This document shows positions 55,836 through 64,000 of a DNA stretch of 64,000 nt, one piece after another. Numbering within the stretch: position 1 is the first letter of the stretch; each line of letters starts with the position of its first letter. Both the position numbers and the translations under genes were made by a program. The stretch lies in contig JACREX010000048.1 of the NCBI GenBank assembly GCA_016212695.1, positions 5,984 to 69,983 on the forward strand. The letters run 5' to 3'. The stretch is from Bacteroidia bacterium (GTDB lineage: Bacteria; Bacteroidota; Bacteroidia; Bacteroidales; GWF2-35-48). Below the pieces are notes generated by a model. The model ran no database searches, was not told the DNA's origin, and worked only from the letters and a program-made list of their open reading frames with translations.

Positions 55836-57167
55836 TTATCTTGTTTTTGGTATAACATTTCTGCTGATGAAATAAACAATAAGGCCAATGATGGTAAAAG
55901 CAACACCGGCTAAAGATTCATGCGGTTTATAAATAAATCCGTACACTAAAATCCAAATATTAATAAGAAGGAACAAGAGGGGTAAAAACGGATAAAAGGG
56001 CGTCTTGTATGGCCGTTCTAAGTTTGGCTGCTTTATGCGGTGAACTATCAAACCCAGCACCGTGAGGAAACAGAAAAGATTCAGGGAGAAACCGATAAAA
56101 ACAATCACCTGCTCAAACGTAGATGTAAGAATGTAAAGAATTGAAATCGCGCTCTGGGTAATAATTGCAATATAAGGAATATCTTTTTTACTTTTTTTGG
56201 AAAGCCTGCGGAAAAGTGAAAAATCATCGCCTATCACCTGTGATATCCTGGGGCCGATAATAATCATGGAACTAATGGTAGAAAGCAGCAAAATTGAAAT
56301 GATCCCGCCCATAATTCTTCCAAGACCGATACCGAAGACCTTGCCTGCATATACATACCCAACCTCAAGTTGACCGGCCATGTCGGGGATTGGTACAGTG
56401 TACAAAAAAATAAAATTCACCATCACATATAAAAAAATCACAAAAGCAGTTCCAATGATAAGGCTGAACGGAATATTCCGCGACGGATTTTTTATTTCGC
56501 CGGATATATATGCTGCGGCATTCCATCCGGAATACGAATAGGTAACAAAATACATGGATATGGCAAAAGCGGGCGAGATCATATCATGCAAGGCTTTTTT
56601 GCTTGGTAAAAAATCAATGCCCGTAGGGGTTCCATACACAAAACCCAGGACTATCAGCGTCAAAATAAAAATAACTTTTCCTGTAGTGAGGACGTTCTGG
56701 AACTTTGCGCCTAAAAATTTATCGGTCGAATGGAGTACAGTAAAAAATACTATTACCAGAATAGCAACCAGTGCGGGTGGTTCAATGCATGATAAAAACT
56801 TCGGCGCATATAAAGAGCAGTCTATGGAACTGCACAAATACCTGCCGAAAGCATAGGCGGCAGCAGCAACCGGCGCAGCAAACCCAATGAGAAAAGAAAT
56901 CCAGCCTGCAAGAAAACCGATGGATGGGTGAAATATTTTTGTCAGAAACGTGTACTCCCCCCCGGAACGCGGCATCATAGCTCCCAGTTCAGAATAAGCA
57001 AAAGCACCCAATAGGGCAATAATCCCACCCAGCACCCAAAGCATGATAATAGCAAAACCAGACGTGATTCCCATTACCTGGAAACCGAGACTTGTAAAAA
57101 TTCCGGTACCTACCATATTTGCCACAACCAAAGATACGCCTGTATATAAGCTAAATTTTTTCTCCAT
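55836..57167 (-). CDS. APC-family amino acid permease
   Basis: 443 aa, about 12 TM helices. Motifs GTGIFTSLGF and YSELGAMMPRSGGEY are typical of APC transporters. Confidence 0.85.
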   Translation of the reverse strand: MEKKFSLYTGVSLVVANMVGTGIFTSLGFQVMGITSGFAIIMLWVLGGIIALLGAFAYSELGAMMPRSGGEYTFLTKIFHPSIGFLAGWISFLIGFAAPVAAAAYAFGRYLCSSIDCSLYAPKFLSCIEPPALVAILVIVFFTVLHSTDKFLGAKFQNVLTTGKVIFILTLIVLGFVYGTPTGIDFLPSKKALHDMISPAFAISMYFVTYSYSGWNAAAYISGEIKNPSRNIPFSLIIGTAFVIFLYVMVNFIFLYTVPIPDMAGQLEVGYVYAGKVFGIGLGRIMGGIISILLLSTISSMIIIGPRISQVIGDDFSLFRRLSKKSKKDIPYIAIITQSAISILYILTSTFEQVIVFIGFSLNLFCFLTVLGLIVHRIKQPNLERPYKTPFYPFLPLLFLLINIWILVYGFIYKPHESLAGVAFTIIGLIVYFISRNVIPKTR

Positions 57168-57614
57168 CTATCTGACTTTTATTTTCTGTCCCAGCCGCAA
57201 TGTAGCGGTTTTACCAATATTATTTAACGCACATAAGGCATTTACGCTTGTTTTATATTTCCGTGCAATTGCCAATAATGTGTCCCCTTTTTTCACAATG
57301 TGAATAGTGGCTTTTTCGGTCTGGTCATTTTTTTTTGTGAAATTTTTATCAGGCTGGGAATTCTTATAAGTAGTGTTATCCTGCTTAATGAGCCATTGTG
57401 AATCAAAATAATTTTTATCGGTTTTGGCTGCTGCGGTATCTTTTTTATGATCTCCCGGATACATCCATTTATGATTCTCGAATAGGATGATCTTTCCGGT
57501 TTTTATTTCAAATGTATCGATCACTTTGTCTTGTATGCGTTGAGAAAAGGCCGTAAGCGATATAAGTAAAAATAAAATTGAGATATAATATTTTGACAGA
57601 CCGGTATGCAACAT
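57168..57614 (-). CDS. Secreted LysM-domain protein
   Basis: Signal peptide. C-terminal LysM domain HIVKKGDTLLAIARKYKTSVNALCALNNIGKTATLRLGQKIKV. Confidence 0.75.
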   Translation of the reverse strand: MLHTGLSKYYISILFLLISLTAFSQRIQDKVIDTFEIKTGKIILFENHKWMYPGDHKKDTAAAKTDKNYFDSQWLIKQDNTTYKNSQPDKNFTKKNDQTEKATIHIVKKGDTLLAIARKYKTSVNALCALNNIGKTATLRLGQKIKVR

Positions 57615-57617
57615 ATT

Positions 57618-58478
57618 TTATTTTTCTTTTAAAAAACTCAAAATATTATCTGTTTTCGAGTCCCAGAATTTATAATCATGTTCTGCATTTTCGCTGACGC
57701 TGATGACACAATTCAATTCAGGTTTCTTTTTTTTCAATTCCCGGAAAAATAGTTCTGTCTGGCTGCAGGGAACGATTTTATCTTTCTTACCATGCGCGAG
57801 GTACAGAGGGACTGAAATTTTATCAATATTATTACAGGGATTGTCTTCTCCCTCCCACCTTTCGGGGAATTTATTGTATGGACCATAATACCCCGACATT
57901 AAGTTATCGGTTTTTAAAAGGGACTGGTCGTAATCGCCGGATAAGGCGGCTCCTGCAATAAAAATATTTTTAGTATGCACGGCAAGCAATGCCACACCGC
58001 GGGCTCCGGTTGATATACCATACATAAAACTCTTTCCGCCAACTAAAAATATCCCGTATTTTTTCTGCAGAAAAGGAATCAAAGAATCAAGAAGCCATTT
58101 ACGAGTAGGATATTTTTTCCAGTCTGCCCGTGTTTCGGGATACAACTCTCCCGAATAAACGCTTTTTCCCATTTCGGGCATAATGAGGCGAAACCCGGTT
58201 TGTCTTGCCTTTTCGCAAAACGAGGATTTCTCGCAACAATCAGTTCTCCGGAAATTCCATCCGGGAAGCATCAGGATATCGCCCGCTATTTTTCCCCGAG
58301 GCGCTAAAATATCAACATCAACACCCTGAATTTTCAAAGTAGTATCGTTTATAAGTGCCCCGTATTGCCGGGTATCAGAAGGTTTTTCACAAGGCATCTG
58401 ACTTCTTTCAAAATTACACGCACTGAAAAGTAGTATGTATACAAAAATTAATACGTTATTTACAGAGCCGGTTTCCAC
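57618..58478 (-). CDS. Alpha/beta-hydrolase family esterase
   Basis: GISTGARG nucleophile elbow (GxSxG). Late HGKKDKIVP and AEHDY motifs (Asp/His). Confidence 0.65.
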   Translation of the reverse strand: METGSVNNVLIFVYILLFSACNFERSQMPCEKPSDTRQYGALINDTTLKIQGVDVDILAPRGKIAGDILMLPGWNFRRTDCCEKSSFCEKARQTGFRLIMPEMGKSVYSGELYPETRADWKKYPTRKWLLDSLIPFLQKKYGIFLVGGKSFMYGISTGARGVALLAVHTKNIFIAGAALSGDYDQSLLKTDNLMSGYYGPYNKFPERWEGEDNPCNNIDKISVPLYLAHGKKDKIVPCSQTELFFRELKKKKPELNCVISVSENAEHDYKFWDSKTDNILSFLKEK

Positions 58479-58490
58479 TCAAAACAGAAT

Positions 58491-59714
58491 TTATAATGTA
58501 TCCGTATGCTTTTTCTTTGCATACAAAAGATTCACTTCATTGTGATGGATGTTGTACCCTATCCGGAAAGGGATCTTACCCTTATGTGGGCTTTTATCAA
58601 TCGCTTCTTTGAGGTCGGTCTGGTATTTATTACTGAAAAGCTTAATCGTCTTTGAATAGTGTCCAAACAATTTATTATCCCAGTTTGAAGCATCAAAATT
58701 TTTGTACGGGATTCCCGAATCGTCCTGCAGAACCACCTCCGAATTATCAAGAATGTATTGCCTGATGATGCTGAACCCACTTCCATGCATAAGGTAAGAT
58801 GCCGCTTTTAAAAATGTATTTTGCCTGCCAATATTTTTTGCAAACAACAAAAGCGATTTATGATTTTTTAAATTCTGATCGGCTATATTGTAAGAAAAAT
58901 AATATAGTGATTGCCTCCGAATACGTGCAGAATCGCAAAAATCAATCTTAATGGCATATGGCCTGATATTTTCTTTTTTATCATATTCTTTCACCTTCCC
59001 CAGCGTATCCAGAGATATATAATTAATTCCTAACATCCGGTAACCGCAACGCTTAATATAAAAGGTAAGCAAATGAATGGTTCCGTTGAGGTCAATCTGG
59101 TTGAGTTCGTAACTCATGCTGCGGGTCCTGAAAAAACCGACTTTGTTTGAATAGAAAAGCGAATTTTCAATTTTTGTAAAATAGCGTTGAATATTTGCAG
59201 AGGACATGGTGTCAAAATTTTGAAATTTACCCACAGGTTCCAGGCCGACAAGTATATAATTCTTCGCATAGGGAAAAAACGAATTTGCATATAAAAAATC
59301 AGCTCCGGCAAAGGGATAAAAAAGGGTATTGGTATCTTTACTTATACTTAATTGCAATGAATCCGTCCATTTTTTTATGGGCTTGACTTTATAATGAGAA
59401 ACCATATTCCAGTCTTCATTTACAATTTTCTGATACTGTGGCCAGAACTTCTCCTTTTCAATTTTTTTATAATATTTTCTGGCAGGCATCGCGCTTATAA
59501 TGCAGGCCATATCATCTTTCAGCGTATCAATAGTAACAAGAATTTCATGTTTTATTTTTTTCAGAGTATCTTTTCTGACTTTTGCCGAGTCGTTTGCAGC
59601 GTTATCAGAATTCTTGGCTTTTGAAGGGTTTTCGCATGACAAGGCGCACCATGAGAGAAAGATTAAAATGATGCACAAAAATTTAATCTCAAACAGATTG
59701 ATACGACAAAACAT
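58491..59714 (-). CDS. Hypothetical lipoprotein
   Basis: Lipobox-like CALSC after a hydrophobic N-terminus. No motif I can assign. Contiguous with the three downstream minus-strand genes. Confidence 0.4.
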   Translation of the reverse strand: MFCRINLFEIKFLCIILIFLSWCALSCENPSKAKNSDNAANDSAKVRKDTLKKIKHEILVTIDTLKDDMACIISAMPARKYYKKIEKEKFWPQYQKIVNEDWNMVSHYKVKPIKKWTDSLQLSISKDTNTLFYPFAGADFLYANSFFPYAKNYILVGLEPVGKFQNFDTMSSANIQRYFTKIENSLFYSNKVGFFRTRSMSYELNQIDLNGTIHLLTFYIKRCGYRMLGINYISLDTLGKVKEYDKKENIRPYAIKIDFCDSARIRRQSLYYFSYNIADQNLKNHKSLLLFAKNIGRQNTFLKAASYLMHGSGFSIIRQYILDNSEVVLQDDSGIPYKNFDASNWDNKLFGHYSKTIKLFSNKYQTDLKEAIDKSPHKGKIPFRIGYNIHHNEVNLLYAKKKHTDTL

Positions 59715-59850
59715 AATTTTAAAAAATATTTCCGTTCCAAATTTATATTAATATACGGAATAATCAATATGTCTTTTAAAATCGGATGATCCCCTTAACA
59801 ATGCTGAATAAATTTCTTATTATTGCCCTTTTTAAAAAAGTTACGGCATC

Positions 59851-61758
59851 ATGCAAAATTGCATTTTACTATATCTGTTCTTCCTATCCATTATAACAAG
59901 CTCCTGCAGGTTTGATCCGCAAAAAAATGTAACCGCTCTGTTTGCAAAAAAAGAACCGGTTAAAACCCCCGTTACTCTGATTTCAAAAAAAAAGATAATA
60001 CCGGGAGATACCAGCAGAATCAAAGTATTCAACGGCACATTCCTGGGTAATGAAAAAAGAAATTTCTACGGACTCAAAGCGCCGACGAAACTAAAAGAAG
60101 TATGGAGGTTCCCGCTTGGGACGGGGAATACAAGAATCGGTTCGCAGGTACGTACGTGGGGCGGATCCGGCTGGACAGGGCAGCCCCTGATTTTACTTGA
60201 AGATTCAATTCCTTATTTAATCCAGGGGGCATACGATCATCACCTGAGAAAAATAAATGCGCTGACCGGAGAAGAAATCTGGAAATATAAATTTGACGAT
60301 GTTGTAAAGGCTACGGGAACTGTCAGGATCAATCTAAAAGCAAAATCCTACGATGAAAAATACGTGATCCTGCAAGGCAGCAGGCAGGGTTTCGCTAAAT
60401 CGTTCAGCGATCCGTTCATGCCCAGTTTAAGAGCCGTATCGTACATTACGGGCAAAGAATTATGGAGGATGAACAGCCGGCAGACCGAATGTTACAGCCG
60501 CGATGTTGACGGCTCTGCTTTTATAAGAAACGACACTGCATATATATGCCTTGAAAACGGTATTTTTACTGTTTTTGATCCGGACAAAAACGATGCGGTC
60601 ATTAAAAACAATATCACACAACCCAGAATTTATGAAGAGCACATGCTTTATAAAAAAAAGGATAAGGCTACGCATGGGAGTGACCTTGTAGCAGAATCTT
60701 CTCCATCTTTGCTTGGGAACCGGATATATATAACAGCAGGATCCGGCCATATATACGGATACAACTTAAAAACCAGAACGATGGATTGGGATTTTGTTAC
60801 CGGCTCTGACCTGAACGGATCGCCTGTTGTTACAAAAGACAGTTGCCTGCTGATCACCGTCGAAAAGCAATTTATCCGGGGACGAGGCGGCGTTTTAAAG
60901 ATGGATCCTTCCAGACCGCCGGAACAATCTGTGGTATGGTATTTCCCGACAGAAGATAAAAAATATTCTGAATGGATGGGCGGTGTGATCGGGTCGCTGA
61001 GCATTAATGATTATTATAATCCTGCCGATAGTTTTCCCAATATATCAGCTTTTATCGGCATTGACGGATATCTGTATGTGGTAGATTACAAAACAATCAT
61101 AGCGGATAAAAAAGTTTTGGGTTTTGATAATAAAACCTATTACAACACACCCAAACTCCTTTTCAAACAAGAGATCGGGCCTTCGATATCAACGCCTGTG
61201 ATTGTTGACAATAAACTGATCGCCGCATCGTACAAGGGTTTATATCTTTTCGAGTTTGACAAAAATATGAAATTCAAACAGCTTGATTATAAAGTTACCA
61301 GTTCCATTGAGGCGACGCCTGTTGTTTACAACCACAGGGTTTTTGTTGCATCGCGCGACGGGAACTTGTATTGCTTCGGAGACGATACCATCCGGCGCGG
61401 AAAGAAAACGCTGCTTGCTTCCAAAGATAAGTTTCCTGTGAGTAAAGAAAATGTAACGACACAGAAATTAGTTACAGAGAAAAAAACAACCCGTGAAGAA
61501 GTTGTGAAAAAACAGAAAATTTCACAAGCAACAAAAGGATCGTTTCAGTTGATCGCAGGTTCGTTTACCATAAAATCCAATGCGGAAAAATTTGTATTGC
61601 AATTAACCAAAGAAGGCTACAAACCCCAAATAATCGTTGCTTCAGGCAACCGGAACCTTGTGAGCATCGGGGCTTTTACGGATAAAAACGAAGCGGCTAA
61701 AGAACAGGAAAAACTCCGTGCAAAAGGGAAAGATTCATGGATACTTGACTATAAATAA
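59851..61758 (+). CDS. Lipoprotein with a PQQ-like beta-propeller and a C-terminal SPOR (peptidoglycan-binding) domain
   Basis: Lipobox (LSIITSSC). Propeller repeats (GSGWTGQPLILLED.., AESSPSLLGNRIYITAGSGHIYGY.., IEATPVVYNHRVFVASRDGNLYCF). C-terminal SPOR pattern FQLIAGSFTIKSNAEKFVLQLTKEGYKPQIIV..LVSIGAFTDKNEAAKEQEKLRAKG. Confidence 0.75.
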   Translation: MQNCILLYLFFLSIITSSCRFDPQKNVTALFAKKEPVKTPVTLISKKKIIPGDTSRIKVFNGTFLGNEKRNFYGLKAPTKLKEVWRFPLGTGNTRIGSQVRTWGGSGWTGQPLILLEDSIPYLIQGAYDHHLRKINALTGEEIWKYKFDDVVKATGTVRINLKAKSYDEKYVILQGSRQGFAKSFSDPFMPSLRAVSYITGKELWRMNSRQTECYSRDVDGSAFIRNDTAYICLENGIFTVFDPDKNDAVIKNNITQPRIYEEHMLYKKKDKATHGSDLVAESSPSLLGNRIYITAGSGHIYGYNLKTRTMDWDFVTGSDLNGSPVVTKDSCLLITVEKQFIRGRGGVLKMDPSRPPEQSVVWYFPTEDKKYSEWMGGVIGSLSINDYYNPADSFPNISAFIGIDGYLYVVDYKTIIADKKVLGFDNKTYYNTPKLLFKQEIGPSISTPVIVDNKLIAASYKGLYLFEFDKNMKFKQLDYKVTSSIEATPVVYNHRVFVASRDGNLYCFGDDTIRRGKKTLLASKDKFPVSKENVTTQKLVTEKKTTREEVVKKQKISQATKGSFQLIAGSFTIKSNAEKFVLQLTKEGYKPQIIVASGNRNLVSIGAFTDKNEAAKEQEKLRAKGKDSWILDYK

Positions 61759-61765
61759 TTTTTAA

Positions 61766-62329
61766 ATGAAACGTCTTTTTATTGCAGTGGATATCAAGTT
61801 TTCAGAAGAAACGAAGAAAATTATTTACGATATTTTTCAACAGTTATCACCTGCATTACGGGCCAAATGGGTTAATCCCGACAATGCGCATATTACCCTT
61901 AAATTTCTTGGAGATACCGATGAAAATAAGATCGAAACCATTGCCTCGCTGCTAAAAAATGTTGCAGAAGAAAACCAATGCTGCGACATTGAAATAACCC
62001 GGCTTGGTGTTTTTAAAAATATGAAATCCCCTTCTGTTCTCTGGATTGGCGTATCAAACGGGGAAGCATTAAAACAACTTTCTGAAAAAATCAATGATTT
62101 GCTCGAAAAAGCATGCATTGAAAAAGAAACAAAACCATTCAGGGCACACCTGACGATTGGAAGAATAAAACAAGTAAATAATTTTGATACCTTAAAAAAA
62201 ATAATTGAAAAATACCAAGATTTTGTTTTTGGAAAAATAAAAATCTCCGGGTTTCATCTGTATGAAAGCGCTCTTACACCTAAGTGGCCGATATATCATA
62301 GGCTTTATTCTTTTCCTTTGAAAGATTAA
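61766..62329 (+). CDS. thpR: RNA 2',3'-cyclic phosphodiesterase (2H phosphoesterase, LigT/ThpR)
   Basis: 187 aa with the two HxT/S motifs HITLKF and HLTIGR. Confidence 0.85.
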   Translation: MKRLFIAVDIKFSEETKKIIYDIFQQLSPALRAKWVNPDNAHITLKFLGDTDENKIETIASLLKNVAEENQCCDIEITRLGVFKNMKSPSVLWIGVSNGEALKQLSEKINDLLEKACIEKETKPFRAHLTIGRIKQVNNFDTLKKIIEKYQDFVFGKIKISGFHLYESALTPKWPIYHRLYSFPLKD

Positions 62330-62530
62330 ATTATAAGGTATTGCTAATTGGGTATAATTTTATAGATTGCTTCGGTCGTTCCTCCTTATAAATACCTATT
62401 TATTTCCCATACTCATCAAAATATGTTGAAAAAACTATAATAAATTCAATTGTATTTTATTTTAATTTATATTTTTGAGCGGACATAATACTTTTATGGG
62501 CATCTCTATAAACTGTTTTTTCTCGCAAAG

Positions 62531-62551
62531 CCTGCCTGCCGGTAGGCAAGG
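62531..62551. repeat. Palindromic 21-nt repeat, copy 3
   Basis: CCTGCCTGCCGGTAGGCAAGG, identical to 36244-36264. The shared flank is AAGGT[C/T]GG. Confidence 0.8.
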
Positions 62552-62619
62552 TTGGCGTGAATTATTTTATTTGGAGTTTTTAGAGGTTCCCTTATGTAAA
62601 ATTAATAAAACTTTTAATT

Positions 62620-63642
62620 ATGGTGAATCTGGATTGGGGAAGCCTTCCCTTCGGATATCAGAAAACCGATTATAACCTCCGCTGTTACTACAGAAACGGT
62701 AAATGGGGAGAAGTAGAAATCTCCTCATCGGAATATATTAACATTCATATGGCGGCTTCCGCTTTGCATTATGGGCAGGAAGCATTTGAAGGCCTGAAGG
62801 CCTACCGCGGGAAAGACGGCAAAGTGCGGTTGTTCCGTTGGGATGAAAATGCAAAACGGATGCAGCGTTCCGCAGAAGCCCTGAAGATGGCGGTTCCATC
62901 CATGGAGTTGTTTCATGAGATGATCACAAAAGCAGTGAAGTTAAATGACAGGTATATTCCTCCTTACGGGACCGGTGCTTCTCTTTATATCCGTCCGTTA
63001 CTTTACGGATCGGGCCCGGAAGTAGGCGTTAAACCTGCCAGCGAATACCTGCTTGTGGTTTTTGTTTCTCCTGTCGGCCCTTATTTTAAAGGAGGAGTTA
63101 CGCCGGTAAAAATTGCCATTGTGCGCGATAGCGATCGCGCAGCGCCGCTGGGAACCGGCAATGTAAAAGTAGGCGGCAACTATGCTTCCAGTTTAAAGAG
63201 CATTGTTAAGGTACAAGCCCTTGGATACAGTTCGCCGATGTATTTAGACGCCAAAGAAAAAAAATATATCGACGAGATCGGTGCCGCCAATTTCTTCGGC
63301 ATTAAAAACAATACGTATATCACACCCAAATCAGAATCCATACTGCCTTCTATTACCAATATGAGCCTGATGGTGCTGGCCGAAGACCTCGGTATGAAAG
63401 TGGAACGACGCCCGGTTCCCCTTGAAGAACTGGAAACCTTTGAAGAGGTGGGAGCATGCGGTACTGCTGCCGTGATATCGCCCATCAATGAAATAATGGA
63501 TATGGATCACAACCGGGCTTACAAATTCTGCAAAGACGGAAAACCAGGGCCTTTGTCACATAAATTGTATAATATACTTATCAGTATTCAACACGGAGAA
63601 GTGGAAGATAAATTCAAATGGACAGAACTTATTGAATTTTAA
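62620..63642 (+). CDS. ilvE: Branched-chain amino acid aminotransferase (class IV)
   Basis: 340 aa. Motifs YGQEAFEGLKAYR, GTGASLYIRP, GNVKVGGNYASSL and GACGTAAVISPI. Confidence 0.92.
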   Translation: MVNLDWGSLPFGYQKTDYNLRCYYRNGKWGEVEISSSEYINIHMAASALHYGQEAFEGLKAYRGKDGKVRLFRWDENAKRMQRSAEALKMAVPSMELFHEMITKAVKLNDRYIPPYGTGASLYIRPLLYGSGPEVGVKPASEYLLVVFVSPVGPYFKGGVTPVKIAIVRDSDRAAPLGTGNVKVGGNYASSLKSIVKVQALGYSSPMYLDAKEKKYIDEIGAANFFGIKNNTYITPKSESILPSITNMSLMVLAEDLGMKVERRPVPLEELETFEEVGACGTAAVISPINEIMDMDHNRAYKFCKDGKPGPLSHKLYNILISIQHGEVEDKFKWTELIEF

Positions 63643-63710
63643 TTTCTCCCAGCTTACCACCTGTTTTTATTTGTTTTGCAAAACATAAAGTGAATTAATC
63701 AGAATTCAGC

Positions 63711-64000
63711 ATGTCGTTGCGGAAAGCATTATTTGTAATAAATCCGATAGCGGGAGGAAAAAAGAAAGATGACCTGCCAGACCTGATCCGTTTTGTTATA
63801 AACAACCGGATGGAGCATAAAATCATTGTGTGGCAAAGTGCTGATCAGAATATTGATGAAGTCATAAAAAAGGAGATCGCTGAAAACGGCTTTACCATGG
63901 TGGTTGCAGCAGGCGGCGACGGCACCATAAACCGGATTGCATCGTGTATAAACAGAACAAGCACCACGCTTGGAATTATTCCCTTAGGTTCCGGAAACGG
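63711..64000 (+). CDS. Diacylglycerol/lipid kinase family protein (YegS-like), N-terminal part; continues beyond the window
   Basis: ATG at 63711: MSLRKALFVINPIAGGKKK.., GGDGTINR motif, LGIIPLGSGN. The ORF is open to the window end. Confidence 0.8.
   Translation, partial: MSLRKALFVINPIAGGKKKDDLPDLIRFVINNRMEHKIIVWQSADQNIDEVIKKEIAENGFTMVVAAGGDGTINRIASCINRTSTTLGIIPLGSGN

Noticed and set aside
62475-62675. 66-aa ORF upstream of and overlapping the ilvE start.
   Set aside because: It has a non-ATG start, runs through the palindromic repeat copy (..LPAGRQGW..) and overlaps the well-supported ilvE start at 62620. It is most likely spurious.

Overview
AT-rich window that looks like a Bacteroidota chromosome. 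Evidence: TAnnTTTG -7 promoter boxes, a long YidC, a TonB-dependent receptor with a carboxypeptidase-regulatory-like N-terminus, and many Sec/lipoprotein signal peptides ending in ..FSQ/..FAQ. Housekeeping genes (uvrA, ffh, yidC, bioA-bioF-bioD, ilvE, thpR) are interspersed with accessory modules. I found no rRNA, tRNA or CRISPR array by eye.

Most notable items:
1. 1-10.3 kb: a tightly packed plus-strand cluster. It joins a cytoplasmic NuoE/NuoF-type NAD(P)H flavoprotein and a 2Fe-2S/4Fe-4S protein to a NapH-like membrane polyferredoxin, a Tat-exported NapG-like polyferredoxin and four extracytoplasmic beta-propeller proteins (three PQQ-like, one NHL). No recognisable catalytic subunit is present.
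2. 9052-9192: a 141-nt element with 18-bp terminal inverted repeats, flanked by a 6-bp direct repeat. It sits in frame inside the signal peptide of one propeller gene. A second stop-free 120-nt in-frame insertion lies in a urea-transporter-like/M23 peptidase gene and shares motifs with an intergenic repeat.
3. 18.2-28.0 kb: a minus-strand run of TonB-dependent receptor, WD40-caspase and TPR-CHAT genes. All three carry signal peptides.
4. 49.2-53.3 kb: a roughly 1400-aa secreted protein built almost entirely of a 273-bp (91-aa) tandem super-repeat of aromatic 'FPLxW' units.
5. An endonuclease-Q-like PHP domain fused to a UvrD helicase, next to gene remnants.
6. Heptamer-periodic microsatellite-like tracts in many 3' intergenic spacers, plus a 21-nt palindromic repeat present three times.

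Functional calls rest on motifs read from the translations. No database search was run.
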